From positions 310,001 through 374,000 of the forward strand of contig JAMWBK010000004.1 in assembly GCA_029953675.1 (NCBI GenBank): a stretch of 64,000 nucleotides of DNA, written 5' to 3'. This stretch comes from Rhodosorus marinus CCMP1338 (taxonomy: Eukaryota > Plantae > Rhodophyta). Each line of letters opens with the position of its first letter. The first letter of the stretch is position 1. Under the pieces are notes generated by a model. The model saw nothing but the letters and a program-made list of their open reading frames with translations. It searched no databases and was not told the DNA's origin. Positions 1-12,470 of the stretch are shown piece after piece. The translations under genes were made by a program, and so were the position numbers.

Positions 1-161
1 CGAATTCCTGTACTATTCGTACAAGGATAGGAGCATCTCCTGGAAGAGGCTTCTCGGACCTGACACTTCTGGATTGCCTGGTTTTGTACAATGTTTCCAG
101 GTCCCTGCAAAGGCTGTTCCAGGAGATGTTCCTATCCTTGTACGAATAGTACAGGAATTCG
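1..161. repeat. 45-bp inverted repeat (1-45 vs 117-161, one mismatch) in the copia-like relic
   Basis: 1-45 (cgaattcctgtactattcgtacaaggataggagcatctcctggaa) is the reverse complement of 117-161 except at one position. It may extend beyond the window edge. Confidence 0.9.
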
Positions 162-850
162 CAATATTCCTCTTCCAGGACCTTCCGGAGTACCCGCCGT
201 TTTTCCTCGTCAGAGGGTGGTACCCCGGTGATTTCACGAATTTCGGAGAATTCGGACTCGAGCCAGTTGATTAGGGCTCGAGGTGATTCTGTCGCGTGTA
301 TCTTTCGTCTCTATAATCGCGCCCAGATGATGATGATGATGATCCGTTTATTCAGAGGCTAACTACCCTGAGAAGCGAGAGACAAGACGCTGATGACTCG
401 CGTCTACAAAAAAAGCAGCATTTGAGCTCCACAGGGTCAAAGAAAGCTCCGTGAGCAGACTATCTAGACGCCCTGGGTCGTTGCGAAAGCACCTCACAGC
501 CAGCGAGCCCAGATACTGTCAGCCGTCTCATGGCTGGGGGGGGTCGTATCTCTCGCGTAGCGCCGCCCACACCTCGTGGGGGCCTCCCTCCTTCGACGAG
601 GATAGCGCTATATCTAGTGCTGGTCTCCCCAGCACCCGCGAGAATCCTGCCGAGACATATCGTCTCTCGGCGTCACTGGCCTCTCCTGGATTGTCCAGTA
701 CCTCCCTGAGATCTTTCAAATCGAGGAAAAGCCTCTACCTGGAAGCGCCAGTGCCTGAAGGACAGGTACGACTACTTCTCCCCTCTAAACGCTGAGGGTA
801 GCTTGAAGTCCTTCAGACGCCGTCTGCGTCCGAGGCACTCCCCCTCGTCC
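46..850 (-). mobile_element. Degenerate Ty1/copia-like gag relic (UBN2/Retrotran_gag_2-like)
   Basis: Minus-strand pieces across frameshifts and stops: 'FRHWRFQVEAF', 'GGPHEVWAALRERYDPP', 'ESPRALINWLESEFSEIREITGVPPSDEEKRRVLRKVLEEEY'. These follow the order of copia gag motifs (W..Q..A, VW..L..RY, ES...I..L.....G...SDEEK...L...L..EY). Confidence 0.55.
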
Positions 851-2151
851 CAACAACCATCTCACCTTCCCGTCACTTCTCTACACTACAGACCTTTCTC
901 TGAAAAAGGACCTTTCGTTGAGGTGGATCAGATCAGTGTTCAAAAGTCGATGTTTAAGATCATCGAATATCAAAATATCGGTCTGAACGGTAAAAAACAT
1001 GTAAGTATGGAGCTCTAATGTGACAAGATCTGACCTGCTCAGATGCGTCCACGCCCAAAATAGATAGACAGCACCATCACGTTGTCTGGGATAACCATTC
1101 TTGAAGAAATAGCGTAATGAAGTCTTAAGTTTTGATACGTCATCATCCAATTCTGGTCACGAGCTCATAACATAAAAGAAAAAACGATATTTTGGAAGCG
1201 GTAAAGTGGAGATTAGATCAAATCTGGTCAAAAAAGCATATTATAGAACTCCCCTGGATGTTGCTTTACGTTTCGTCTAGTTAATTATTGGGTATGGAAA
1301 ACGGATCTATGACGATGTAGATTGATATTTTGAGTCCAAGTCCACGTAAAATTTACAAAATATATGTACTATACCGCATAAATGTGATTCGACTGAAACT
1401 CGAAAATAATATCCGGACAAAATTATTAATCTGACAACGTATATTGTATATACAGTAATGAATTTTTAATAATACATTACTAATATTGTGTTAATGGTTT
1501 CAAGCCCTAAATATTAGGAATATTGAACCTATTTACAATAATAATATTGGATTTTAGGGTAAAACAGGCATAAAGTTTTAAAAAATATATATTGCACTGT
1601 TTATATCAATGAAGGGATACTTCGAGGAGTTGAGCGAGGGTCTTGGCCTTGAGACTTGGTTTCTGAGGCAGAAACGCTGGTTGTATTCGACGATGAAGAT
1701 GAGGTTCCTGTCGTTGGAAACATCTGGGTAATTTTTTCGTCTTGTTCAGACAGAGAGAGAGAGCAGAGATACTCTCTTTCTCGTGACGGTTAACTTGGAA
1801 TTAGGAATCTTTCTCGGGCACCGCCCCCTCCCCCCTCCTTCAAGTGTGAAACCTTGTTCGGATCCTCTTCGTCTGTGCGAAATGACGTTTTTAGAGCCGT
1901 TTTGAGGCGGGTCGTAAAATGGCGCTGGAGGCATTGGAGTTTCATGGGAACTTTGGGGAAGGAGGGGGAGGGGGTATATTGAGTAGATGGTAGGAATTTT
2001 GGTTTAGGCTCGCGGATCTTCTTTTTCTTTTAAGCTCAACTGAGCTTTTTAATTAAGATCAGTGTTCTTTTTGTGACCCCCAGAATGGTTTAGTAGGTAG
2101 CGTGTCAGGTTTTTGAGTTTTGTGGGTGTGCGGGTCCGCGCGTGGGAAACG

Positions 2152-5100
2152 ATGGAAGGGAAGTCGGGGAATGGTAGTGCTTGGGGGAGTAGTGTGACGA
2201 ATGGGGGTGGATCGGATGGCTCACAACCTCCTCCTCCGCCGCCAGGAATGGCGAACGGGGCTCCTGGTTCTACGGGTGGGGGCTTTGGAATGCAGGTTCC
2301 TGGATATGCGCCGGGGGTAACCCCGAATGCGATTCCTTACGGTAGCAATCGTCCGGTGAGTCCGCCAAAGGAAATAACTCCTCTTGGAGTGGGAAGGGGC
2401 GAATCTCAGGTGCCCGGAAAGGAAGTAAACGGGGCCGAGGATGCTGTAGATATGGAGACGGATGAAAGCATGGAGGAGGGTGAGAACACTGAGCTCGAGC
2501 GAAAGGCAAAGAAGTGGGCGAAGATGGTCAAGCAGAAGTACGCAACCAAGCGCAAGTTTGGATTTGTGGACTTGCAGAAGGAGGATCTTCCCCCAGAGCA
2601 CTTGCGCAAGCTTGTAAAGGACCACGGTGATATGACGTCGAAAAAGTTTAGGAGGGATAAACGAGTCTATCTTGGGGCTCTCAAGTACGTTCCTCACGCG
2701 GTCTTGAAGCTTTTGGAGAATATGCCAATGCCATGGGAGCAAGTGAGGTTCGTCAACGTGTTGTATCACATCACCGGCGCTCTGACCTTTGTGAATGAAG
2801 TCCCCCGTGTGATCGAGCCAGTGTATATTGCTCAATGGGGAACGATGTGGATTATGATGAGACGGGAGAAACGAGATCGGAGGCACTTTAGGCGAGTAAG
2901 ATTTCCTCCGTTTGACGATGAGGAGCCACCGCTCGACTACGGAGACAATGTCGTAGACGTGGATCCTTTGGAAGCTATTCGGTTGGATCTGGACGAGGAT
3001 GAGGACTCGGCAGTTTACGAGTGGTTCTACGATCACAAGCCTCTAGCAGACACCAAGTATGTCAACGGCAAGTCGTTCAAGAGCTACCATCTGGACCTGC
3101 CCATCATGGCGGCGCTACACCGACTTGCATCGCAGCTTTTATCCGACCTGTATGACCCCAACTACTTCTACCTGTTCGACAAGAGGGCTTTCTATACTAC
3201 AAAAGCTCTTAATATGGCCATACCCGGAGGACCCAAGTTCGAACCCTTGCACAGAGATGTTGATGAAGGGGATGAGGACTGGAACGAATTCAACGATATC
3301 AACAAGTTGATCATTCGAAGACAAATTCGCTCGGAATACAAGGTCGCGTTTCCGCATCTGTACAACAATCGCCCAAGGGACGTCTCCATTTCGACGTACA
3401 GATATCCGCAGACAATGTATGTGAAAAGTGACGACCCTGATTTGCCGGCTTTTTACTTTGATCCGTTGCTGAACCCGATAGTGTCGAAAACATCAAAGAC
3501 TCGAGCCCACGTTCGGGCAAATGACAAGGAAGCGGATGGGAAGGACAGGGAAGAGGAGAACGAGGGAGGCGAGTTTGGTGATGGTTATGATGATGCTTTC
3601 AGAATGCCTGGGACTTTTGCCCCGATGCTGGAGGACGAGCCGCTTTATTCGGAAATGACCGCCGCCGGCATCGGCTTGTATTGGGCACCGGCGCCTTTCA
3701 ACAAGAGATCCGGATACTGCCGGCGCGTTGTTGATGTGCCTCTCATCAAGAACTGGTACATGGAAAGATGCCCTGGTAAGGCGCCTGTGAAAGTCCGTGT
3801 AAGCTACCAGAAGCTGCTCAAGAACTATGTATTCAACGAGCTTCACAATAGACCCGCAAAGGCGAGAGCTAGGAAGTCGCTGTTCAAGGCGCTCAAGAAC
3901 ACCAAGTTCTTCCAGACGACGGAGATAGACTGGGTCGAGGCCGGACTCCAGGTTTGCCGCCAGGGGCACAATATGTTAAATTTGCTCATCCATCGCAAGA
4001 AGTTGAACTATCTTCACCTTGACTACAATTTCAACCTGAAGCCAATCAAAACGCTGACAACGAAGGAGCGAAAGAAGTCGCGGTTTGGAAACGCCTTCCA
4101 TTTGTGTCGAGAGATCTTGCGGTTGACCAAGTTGATTGTTGACTGCCACGTCCAGTACCGTTTGGGCAATGTGGATGCTTTCCAGCTTGCGGATGGCCTT
4201 CAGTACGCGTTCTCGCATGTTGGACAGCTCACCGGGATGTACAGATACAAGTATAAGCTGATGAGGCAGATTCGAATGTGCAAGGACCTCAAGCACGTGA
4301 TGTACCACAGATTTAACACTGGTCCGGTCGGCAAAGGCCCGGGAGTCGGCTTTTGGGCACCTGTTTGGCGGGTATGGATATTCTTCCTGCGAGGAATAGT
4401 TCCGCTTCTCGAACGCTGGCTTGGTAACTTGCTCGCTCGACAGTTCGAAGGAAGAAATTCCAAGGGGATCGCAAAGACGGTCACAAAGCAGAGGGTTGAG
4501 TCTCACTTCGATCTTGAACTGCGTGCATCAATCATGAACGATATCTTGGAGATGATGCCGGAGGGCGTCCGAGCAAGCAAAGCGAGGACGATCCAGCAAC
4601 ACATGTCAGAATCTTGGAGATGCTGGAAGGCAAATATTCCGTGGAAGGTTCCCGGACTGCCCGCGCCAATTGAGAACATCATTATTAGATACGTGAAGTC
4701 AAAGGCAGACTGGTGGACAAACGTCGCGCATTTCAACCGGGAGCGTATTCGACGTGGAGCCACGGTAGACAAGACGGTGGTGAAGAAAAACCTCGGACGT
4801 CTGACGAGGTTGTGGCTGAAAGCGGAGCAGGAGAGGCAGCACAACTACCTGAAGGACGGGCCATACGTATCCTCCGAGGAAGCGGTAGCGATGTACACCA
4901 CGATGGTGCACTGGTTGGAATCCCGAAAGTTTGCACCTATACCGTTCCCACCGCTGTCTTACAAGCATGACACAAAACTGTTGATCTTGGCGCTGGAAAG
5001 GCTCAAGGAACAGTACAGCGTAAAGACGAGGCTTAACCAAAGCCAGAGAGAGGAGCTTGGGCTAGTTGAACAGGCATATGACAACCCGCATGAGGCGCTG

Positions 5101-8100
5101 AGTAGGATCAAGCGGCATTTATTGACGCAGAGGGCGTTCAAAGAGGTTGGCCTAGAATTTATGGACAACTACAATCACTTGGTGCCTGTGTATGACATTG
5201 AGCCCATGGAAAAAATCACCGATTCATATCTAGACCAGTACCTGTGGTATGAAGCAGACAAACGACGACTGTTCCCGAACTGGATCAAACCTGCTGATGC
5301 AGAGCCTCCTCCGCTGCTCGCTTACAAGTGGTGTGTTGGCATCAACAATGTTCCTGACGTTTGGTACACCAGCAACGGAGAAACGCTAGTTCACTATCAG
5401 GCGCGATTGGATAAGATAGCTGAAAAGATCGACCTGAACATCCTGAGCAGATTGTTACGATTGATTATGGACCATAATATCGCGGACTATATCACGGCGA
5501 AGAACACTGTTGTTATCTCGTACAAGGATATGATGCACACCAACTCCTACGGTATTATTCGTGGGTTGCAGTTTTCCTCCTTTGTGATGCAGTACTACTG
5601 CTTACAGATTGACCTGCTCACGCTCGGCTTGACCAGGGCTGCGGAACTTGCCGGACCTCCTCAGCTGCCGAACGACTTCTTGACGTTTAGGGACCCAACG
5701 CTTGCGACTGTACACCCGATTCGAATGTATTGCAGAATTGTGGATATTGTGTACATGGTGCTACGTTTCGATGCTGAGGACTCCAAGGATCTGGTTCAGA
5801 GGTTCTTAACTGAGCATCCGGATCCCAACAATGAGAATATTGTTGGCTACAACAACAAGAAATGCTGGCCGAGAGACGCAAGAATGAGGTTGATGAAGCA
5901 CGATGTGAACCTGGGCAGAGCCGTGTTCTGGGATATTGAGAACCGGATCCCGCGATCGATTGCTACGTTAAGCTGGGAGAATGCGTTCGTTTCAGTCTAC
6001 AGCAAGGATAACCCCAACATGCTGTTCGAGATGTCCGGATTGGAAATCCGAATTTTACCCAAGATGAGAGCGGATGGAGGAGTCCTACCCCAGGGCGATG
6101 GTATCTGGAGTTTACAGAACGAGGCGACCAAGGAGAAGACGGCGGTTGCATACCTGAGGGTAGGAGACGATGCAATGGCCAACTTTGAAAATAGAACGAG
6201 GCAGATATTGATGTCTTCCGGATCGACAACGTTCACAAAGATTGCAAACAAATGGAATACTGCTCTGATTGGGCTCATGACGTATTACCGTGAGGCCGTT
6301 GTAAATACTCAGGAGCTGTTAGATCTTTTGGTGAAGAGTGAAAATCGAATCCAGACGCGTATTAAGATCGGGCTCAACTCGAAGATGCCCAGCCGGTTCC
6401 CACCGGTTGTGTTCTACACGCCTAAAGAGCTTGGCGGTAAGCGTCTGCCATGGGTTGAAGCACTTTACTAGTACTCGTGCCGGAGCCCCTCTAAAGAGTT
6501 TTTTCGATTGTATTGTTTCTTTCCTATTCTAAAAAAGGTCTCGGAATGCTTTCAATGGGCCACGTCCTGATCCCGCAAAGCGATCTCCGAGTTGCGAAGC
6601 AGACAGATGCTGGAGGGATTACGCACTTCAGGTCAGGCCTGAGCCACGACGAGGACCAGTTAATTCCAAACTTGTACCGCTACATTCAACCGTGGGAAAG
6701 TGAGTTTGTGGACTCCCAGAGAGTGTGGGCGGAATATGCGCTCAAGAGACAGGAAGCCATGGCCCAGAACCGACGTTTGACGCTTGAGGACCTAGAAGAC
6801 AGTTGGGATCGTGGAATTCCTCGGATTAACACGTTGTTCCAGAAGGATCGACACACGCTGGCGTACGACAAGGGATGGAGAGTGCGGTTGGACTTTAAGA
6901 AGTATACCCAGGCCAGAAATGATCCCTTCTGGTGGACCCATCAGAGGCATGACGGCAAGCTGTGGAACTTGAACAACTACAGAACGGATATGATCCAAGC
7001 TCTTGGAGGCGTGGAGGGCATACTCGAGCACACCCTGTTTAAGGGTACTTACTTCCCCACTTGGGAGGGACTGTTCTGGGAGAAGGCGTCCGGCTTCGAG
7101 GAAAGCATGAAATACAAGAAACTGACGAACGCCCAGCGATCTGGTCTCAACCAGATCCCAAACAGGCGTTTCACTCTTTGGTGGAGTCCCACCATTAACA
7201 GGGCTAACGTCTACGTCGGTTTCCAGGTGCAACTCGATCTCACGGGAATTTTCATGCACGGAAAGATTCCAACGTTGAAGATCTCGCTGATTCAGATTTT
7301 CAGGGCGCATCTTTGGCAGAAAATTCATGAATCTGTTGTCATGGATCTTTGCCAAGTGTTGGACCAAGAGCTCGATTCCCTGGAGATTGAGACGGTGCAG
7401 AAGGAAACCATTCATCCGAGAAAATCCTACAAAATGAACTCTTCGTGTGCGGACGTTCTATTGTTCGCCGCTAGCAAGTGGACCGTAACGCGCCCCAGCT
7501 TTTTGGCGGAGGAAAAGGACGTGAGCGATGGATCAACAACAACGAAGTATTGGATTGACGTGCAGCTGCGGTGGGGTGATTACGACTCCCATGATATCGC
7601 GCGATACGCGCGGGCGAAGTTTTTGGACTACACCACGGACAACATGTCCATCTATCCGTCACCAACCGGAGTGCTTGTTGCCATTGATCTTGCCTACAAC
7701 CTTTACGCAGCTTACGGAAACTGGATACCGGGAATGAAGCCGTTGATGCAACAGGCACTGGCGAAGGTCATGAAGGCCAACCCAGCTTTGTATGTTCTTC
7801 GGGAGAGAATTCGAAAGGGTCTCCAGCTGTACTCTTCGGAGCCGACAGAGCCCTATTTGAACTCTCAGAATTACGGAGAACTGTTTGGCAACCAGATTAT
7901 TTGGTTTGTGGACGACACCAACGTATACAGAGTGACCATTCACAAGACGTTCGAAGGGAACTGGGTGACGAAGCCGATCAACGGAGCAATTTTCATATTC
8001 AATCCCCGCACCGGGCAGCTTTTCCTGAAGATCATCCACACGAGTGTCTGGAGCGGACAGAAGCGTCTCAGCCAGCTTGCAAAGTGGAAGACCGCTGAGG

Positions 8101-9693
8101 AAGTTGCCGCTCTAATTCGATCGCTTCCAGTGGAAGAACAGCCGAAGCAAATCGTTGTGACGAGGAAGGGAATGCTTGATCCATTGGAGATTCACCTCAT
8201 CGACTTCCCGAACATTGTGATCAAGGGTTCAGATCTACAACTACCGTTCCAGGCGCTGCTGCGCGTGGAGAAGTTTGGAGATCTTATCCTCAAGGCAACC
8301 GAACCACAGATGGTGCTTTTCAATGTTTACGATGATTGGTTACAGAGCGTGTCGTCATATACCGCTTTCTCGAGAATGATTTTGATTCTTAGGGCGTTAC
8401 ATGTGAACAATGAGAGGACGAAGATCATCCTGAGACCGGACCCGAGCATCACGACAGAGCCGCATCACGTATGGCCAACGCTCTCGGATGAGGACTGGAT
8501 CAAGGTTGAGGTTGCGCTGAAGAACCTGATTCTCGCGGACTATGGCAAGAAGAACAACGTCAACGTCGGAAGCTTGACGCAGACTGAGATTCGTGACATT
8601 ATCCTGGGAGCGGAGATCACACCCCCGAGTCTACAGCGGCAACAGATCGCGGAGATTGAGAAGACAGCGCAGGAGCAAAGTCAGATGACTGCGGTGACCA
8701 CGAAGTCGACCGACGTCCATGGGCAGCAGATGATCTCGACAACGACCTCGAACTATGAGCAGCAGGCCTTTGCCAGTCGAACTGACTGGCGGGTGCGAGC
8801 GATCTCGGCAACCAATCTGCACATGAGGACGAATCACATATATGTGCCCTCTGATGACATCAAGGAGAGCATGTTCACATATGTGTTACCGAAGAACATC
8901 TTGAAGAGGTTCATTTCTATTGCCGATTTGAGGACTCAGATTGCGGGGTACCTGTACGGAGTGTCGCCGCCTGACAATCCGCATGTGAAGGAAATTCGGT
9001 GCATTGTGATGCCGCCCCAGATTGGAAACCACCAAAAGGTGACATTGCCGAACCAGCTGCCAGAACATGACATTCTCTCGGAGATGGAGCCCCTAGGATG
9101 GATTCATACACAGCCCACAGGATGGGTACACACGAATCCCAACGAGCTGTCGCAGCTGAGCCCTGTGGACGTGGTGACAACTTCCAAAGTGATGTCGGAG
9201 AACAAGTCGTGGGACGGACAGAAGTCTGTTGTCCTGACTGTTTCCTTCACACCTGGAAGCTGCTCGTTGGCGGCGTTCAAGCTGACACCGTCTGGATACG
9301 AATGGGGACGATCGAACAAGAGCACGGACACGATGACGAACCCGACTGGATTTATGCTCTCTCACTTTGAAAAGGTGCAGATGCTTCTCAGCGATCGGTT
9401 CCTCGGCTTCTTCCTAACACCCGATCAGGTAAGGTGGCAGCCCTTGAAGACCGCCGTAACTATCCAGTTCTAGCTGACTAACAATATACTGCTTTGCAAT
9501 TCGAATAACTTAGGGATCCTGGAACTACAACTTTATGGGGGTCAAGCACAGCACGAACATGAAGTACGGAGTCAGGATAGCCAACCCAAAGGAGTTCTAT
9601 GATGACTCACATAGACACACCCACTTCCTCAACTTCTCGACGCTTGAGGGAGCTGACGCAACAGACGCCGATCGCGACGACAACTTTGTATAG
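2152..9693 (+). CDS. PRP8: Pre-mRNA-processing-splicing factor 8; exons 2152-6436, 6538-9428, 9514-9693
   Basis: Conserved PRP8 blocks such as [39 protein letters not shown]|[20 protein letters not shown] and [14 protein letters not shown], plus a C-terminal GSWNYNFMG...[10 protein letters not shown] exon. Introns 6437-6537 (GT..AAG) and 9429-9513 (GT..TAG, ctgactaac branch) restore the frame. Confidence 0.99.
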
Positions 9694-10407
9694 ACCCGGA
9701 CCTCCTGACGATACGTGCCGAAAAAGTCTGCTACACTACACGCCAAGAAACTATATGGTAGTTTCTATAAATTGATCGTATTAACAATAAGTCGAATGTT
9801 TTTACCATATAAACACCCAAATTCCTACCCCCCCCCCCTTTTTTCTCCTCTGTCCCACGTTTAAATTTTATTCTCAAAAACAAGAAGAAGGACGAGCTTG
9901 GGGGGGTTGTAACCTCCCAACATCCCCCTTTTTTTAAGTGCAACAACCCTGTGCCAATCCAATCACGAATTTCCAGGAAATAAGTATTAATAATAAAAAC
10001 GAGCCGTTTGAACTTTGGAAAAAAAATTGTTTAGGGGGGGGGGGGTTAGGGGAGTATTTGATTGTACAGGGCCAGGAAAACTTGGCCAATGTTACAAATA
10101 GTGTTGACGTTTGATCCCAGAGGCCCAAATAGATCAGAAAAATTAGGCTGATGTTACTTTCCTTGGAAGTTGGTGCGGTTTGGTGGTCTGATAGGGAAGG
10201 TGGGGAGGAGGGAGACTTTGGAGAGGGAGGGAGGGAGGAGAGGCTTGAAGTTAGGACGTAAAAGAGTTTTTGGATTCTTTTGAAGTACGGAAGTGTTTCA
10301 TATTTATATTGGAATAGATTTGTGTGAGGGGGGGAGGGAGGCAGGGAGGGAGACGTCGATCGGAGACGAGAGTTTGGGGGTTTTAGAAGTGGTTAGGTCG
10401 TGAGGGG

Positions 10408-11442
10408 ATGATGTTGTTGTCGGTATTTGCTGCGAGGAGCAGCTTGAAGGCGTTGCCGGTAAGTGAATAAGCACAAAGAAAAAAAGGATTGAGGAAGGAG
10501 GCTTTTATCGCCTGTGGTGGGTTCTCGGTGTGGTTTTTTGGGAAAGTCTAACTGTGTAGGTGTTATGTTCTTCTTTTGGTGTGTCTTTTATTGTTTCTGA
10601 GCAGACCTTGGCTCGCGGAGGTTCTTTAATTGCTTCCAGGGGTATGGCATCGGCGGCTGGTGCGCCTGTGGTGAGTATCCGTCATCAATTCCGAAGGTTT
10701 GAGGCGTTTTGTTGTGAGATTGAATGGGGGATCTGACTTTTGGTATGAATTTGTTTGACACGTGGTAGGAGGACAGAACGGGTGGGAAGCTCAGCGAAAC
10801 CTACTCCAAAGCACTTTTCGAGGCGGGGACAAAGGGAAAGGCGTTTGAAGCTGTGGTAAATGACGTATCGACGATCCAGAAGTACAGACAGGAGAGTGTA
10901 GCTTTCCGAGAATTCCTCGATAATCCGACTATTTCGCGCTCGGTGAGTGAAGGGCAAAAGCTCAAGCACCGAACTTATTCTTGCGTTTGTACGTGTCCGA
11001 ATCTCTTCTAAACTTCGAACTGTTTGTTTCTCGATTGGTTTTTACCTAGTTCAAGGCGAAGATCTTATCTGGGACAGTGGCTCCCAAGCTCGAACTCAGC
11101 AGTGTTATGAAGGAATTCCTTACTGTAACTGCGGACAACGGACGAGCAAATGAGTTGGGCCCGATTTTAGCGACATTTTTGAAGAACTATACCACTTCGG
11201 GTGCCTCGGCCAAGGGTATGGTGACTGCCGCTGAACCTCTGACCCCATGGCAGAAAGCCTCGCTCGAGAAACAGCTTGTACAAAGGTTCTTCCCAGATGG
11301 CAGCAAGTCTTCTTTGGATCTCGAGTTCAAGCTCGATACCACGCTCCTCGGTGGCTATACTGCCGAAATTGATGAGCGTTTCATCGACATGTCGCTGCGC
11401 AACGAGGCCTTGCAAGTAGATGACATCGTCAAGACGTCCTAA
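10408..11442 (+). CDS. ATP5O: Mitochondrial ATP synthase OSCP (delta-family) subunit; exons 10408-10458, 10605-10670, 10769-10942, 11050-11442
   Basis: Spliced product has YSKALFEA, FLDNPTISRS, VTAA..LT..QK..LEKQL and DTTLLGG....IDERFIDMS, all OSCP/delta motifs. The N-terminal leader is basic and hydroxylated, as in a mitochondrial presequence. All three introns are GT-AG and in phase. Confidence 0.93.
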
Positions 11443-11592
11443 ATTTAACGCAACACGAGAAAAATTTACTTTCATTTCTGTAAAACGAGCTCAGTTCCGC
11501 TACGGAAGCAATGCCTACTTCCGTGAGTGGCAAGCCGTGCTTGACGCAGAGGCAAAATATTAAAGCAGTTTTGGCTGAAGTTTTCAAAGGAG

Positions 11593-11656
11593 TCAGTAGT
11601 TGGAATTGCCAACCCGACTGCCAGTTAGCCGTTGGGTTGGCAATTCCAACTACTGA
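11593..11656. repeat. Perfect 23-bp inverted repeat (hairpin) with 18-nt spacer
   Basis: tcagtagttggaattgccaaccc (11593-11615) and gggttggcaattccaactactga (11634-11656) are exact reverse complements. Confidence 0.95.
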
Positions 11657-11735
11657 TCTCCAGAACCCGCAAGGGTCTCAAGCAGAAGACATACGGCAAG
11701 TCAGGGAATCCCGACTTGCGCTCATTGGAATGGGA

Positions 11736-12470
11736 TCAAACAGCAAGCAGAGCGCGCTCGGCTTTTGATAAGGAATTTCCGTCTCTACTACTTGCCCCTA
11801 CCGGACAAGTATTTTTGCATACGTATGAAATCAGTCCTCTTGAGAGCTCGGGTGCCCATGCAAGCGGAAGAATCTTGGGATAATTCAAGGCACGCTGGCA
11901 AGAAATGACGTTTTCAGTGCTACAGCGAAATCGTTCCAGTCCTCTTTCAGTTGCACGGGGATTCCGCAATAGCTCTTTTTCCTGATTGGCTCAGAATCTC
12001 CCTTTCCAGAAGGTGCGGGGACAGGCCTCCCAGTACCAGCTACACACGAGCTCGTTGTGGACTTGGTAGGAAAACATACTCTACGGTTTGTCACTTGAAA
12101 GTCCTCGACGGAATCGACTGAGATCCACCATTGGGTATTGGTAAGGAGTAGAAGCTTCAGGTCATCAGAGAGATAGCGTAGCCATGGCAAAATGGCCTAA
12201 ATATTCGTTTGTACACAAAATCTCCAAATGGTTGGAAGCGAAAAAGGTCATGAATCTCCACTGCGATCGCTGCCGGCAGCCGGGGCGAAGACTGGAGCTT
12301 CCGTGGGTTATACACGCTGCGCCCAACGCTTTGCGATTGTTTTAGTCACTGACCTTCGCAGAGATCCGGGAATCGAACTCGGGAACCGGATCTAGAAATG
12401 ATCGATGCCCGACTTCCATCTGTCGCCTCTGGGATGCTTCGGGAAGGACAAAAGCAACCGCTCTCAGCAT
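11736..12470 (-). CDS. Hypothetical multi-exon protein (uncertain)
   Basis: ATG at 12470 (MLRAVAFV...). Candidate GT-AG introns link open segments such as AILPWLRYLSDDLKLLLL and EKELLRNPRATERGLERFRC. No family recognised. Confidence 0.3.

Noticed and set aside
6471-6513. PRP8 split into two genes or frameshifted
   Set aside because: A 101-nt GT-AG intron (6437-6537) restores [11 protein letters not shown] exactly.
7060-7110. PRP8 intein at the fungal insertion site
   Set aside because: GLFWEKA|SGFEES is contiguous. There is no intein here and no large insertion elsewhere in the ORFs.
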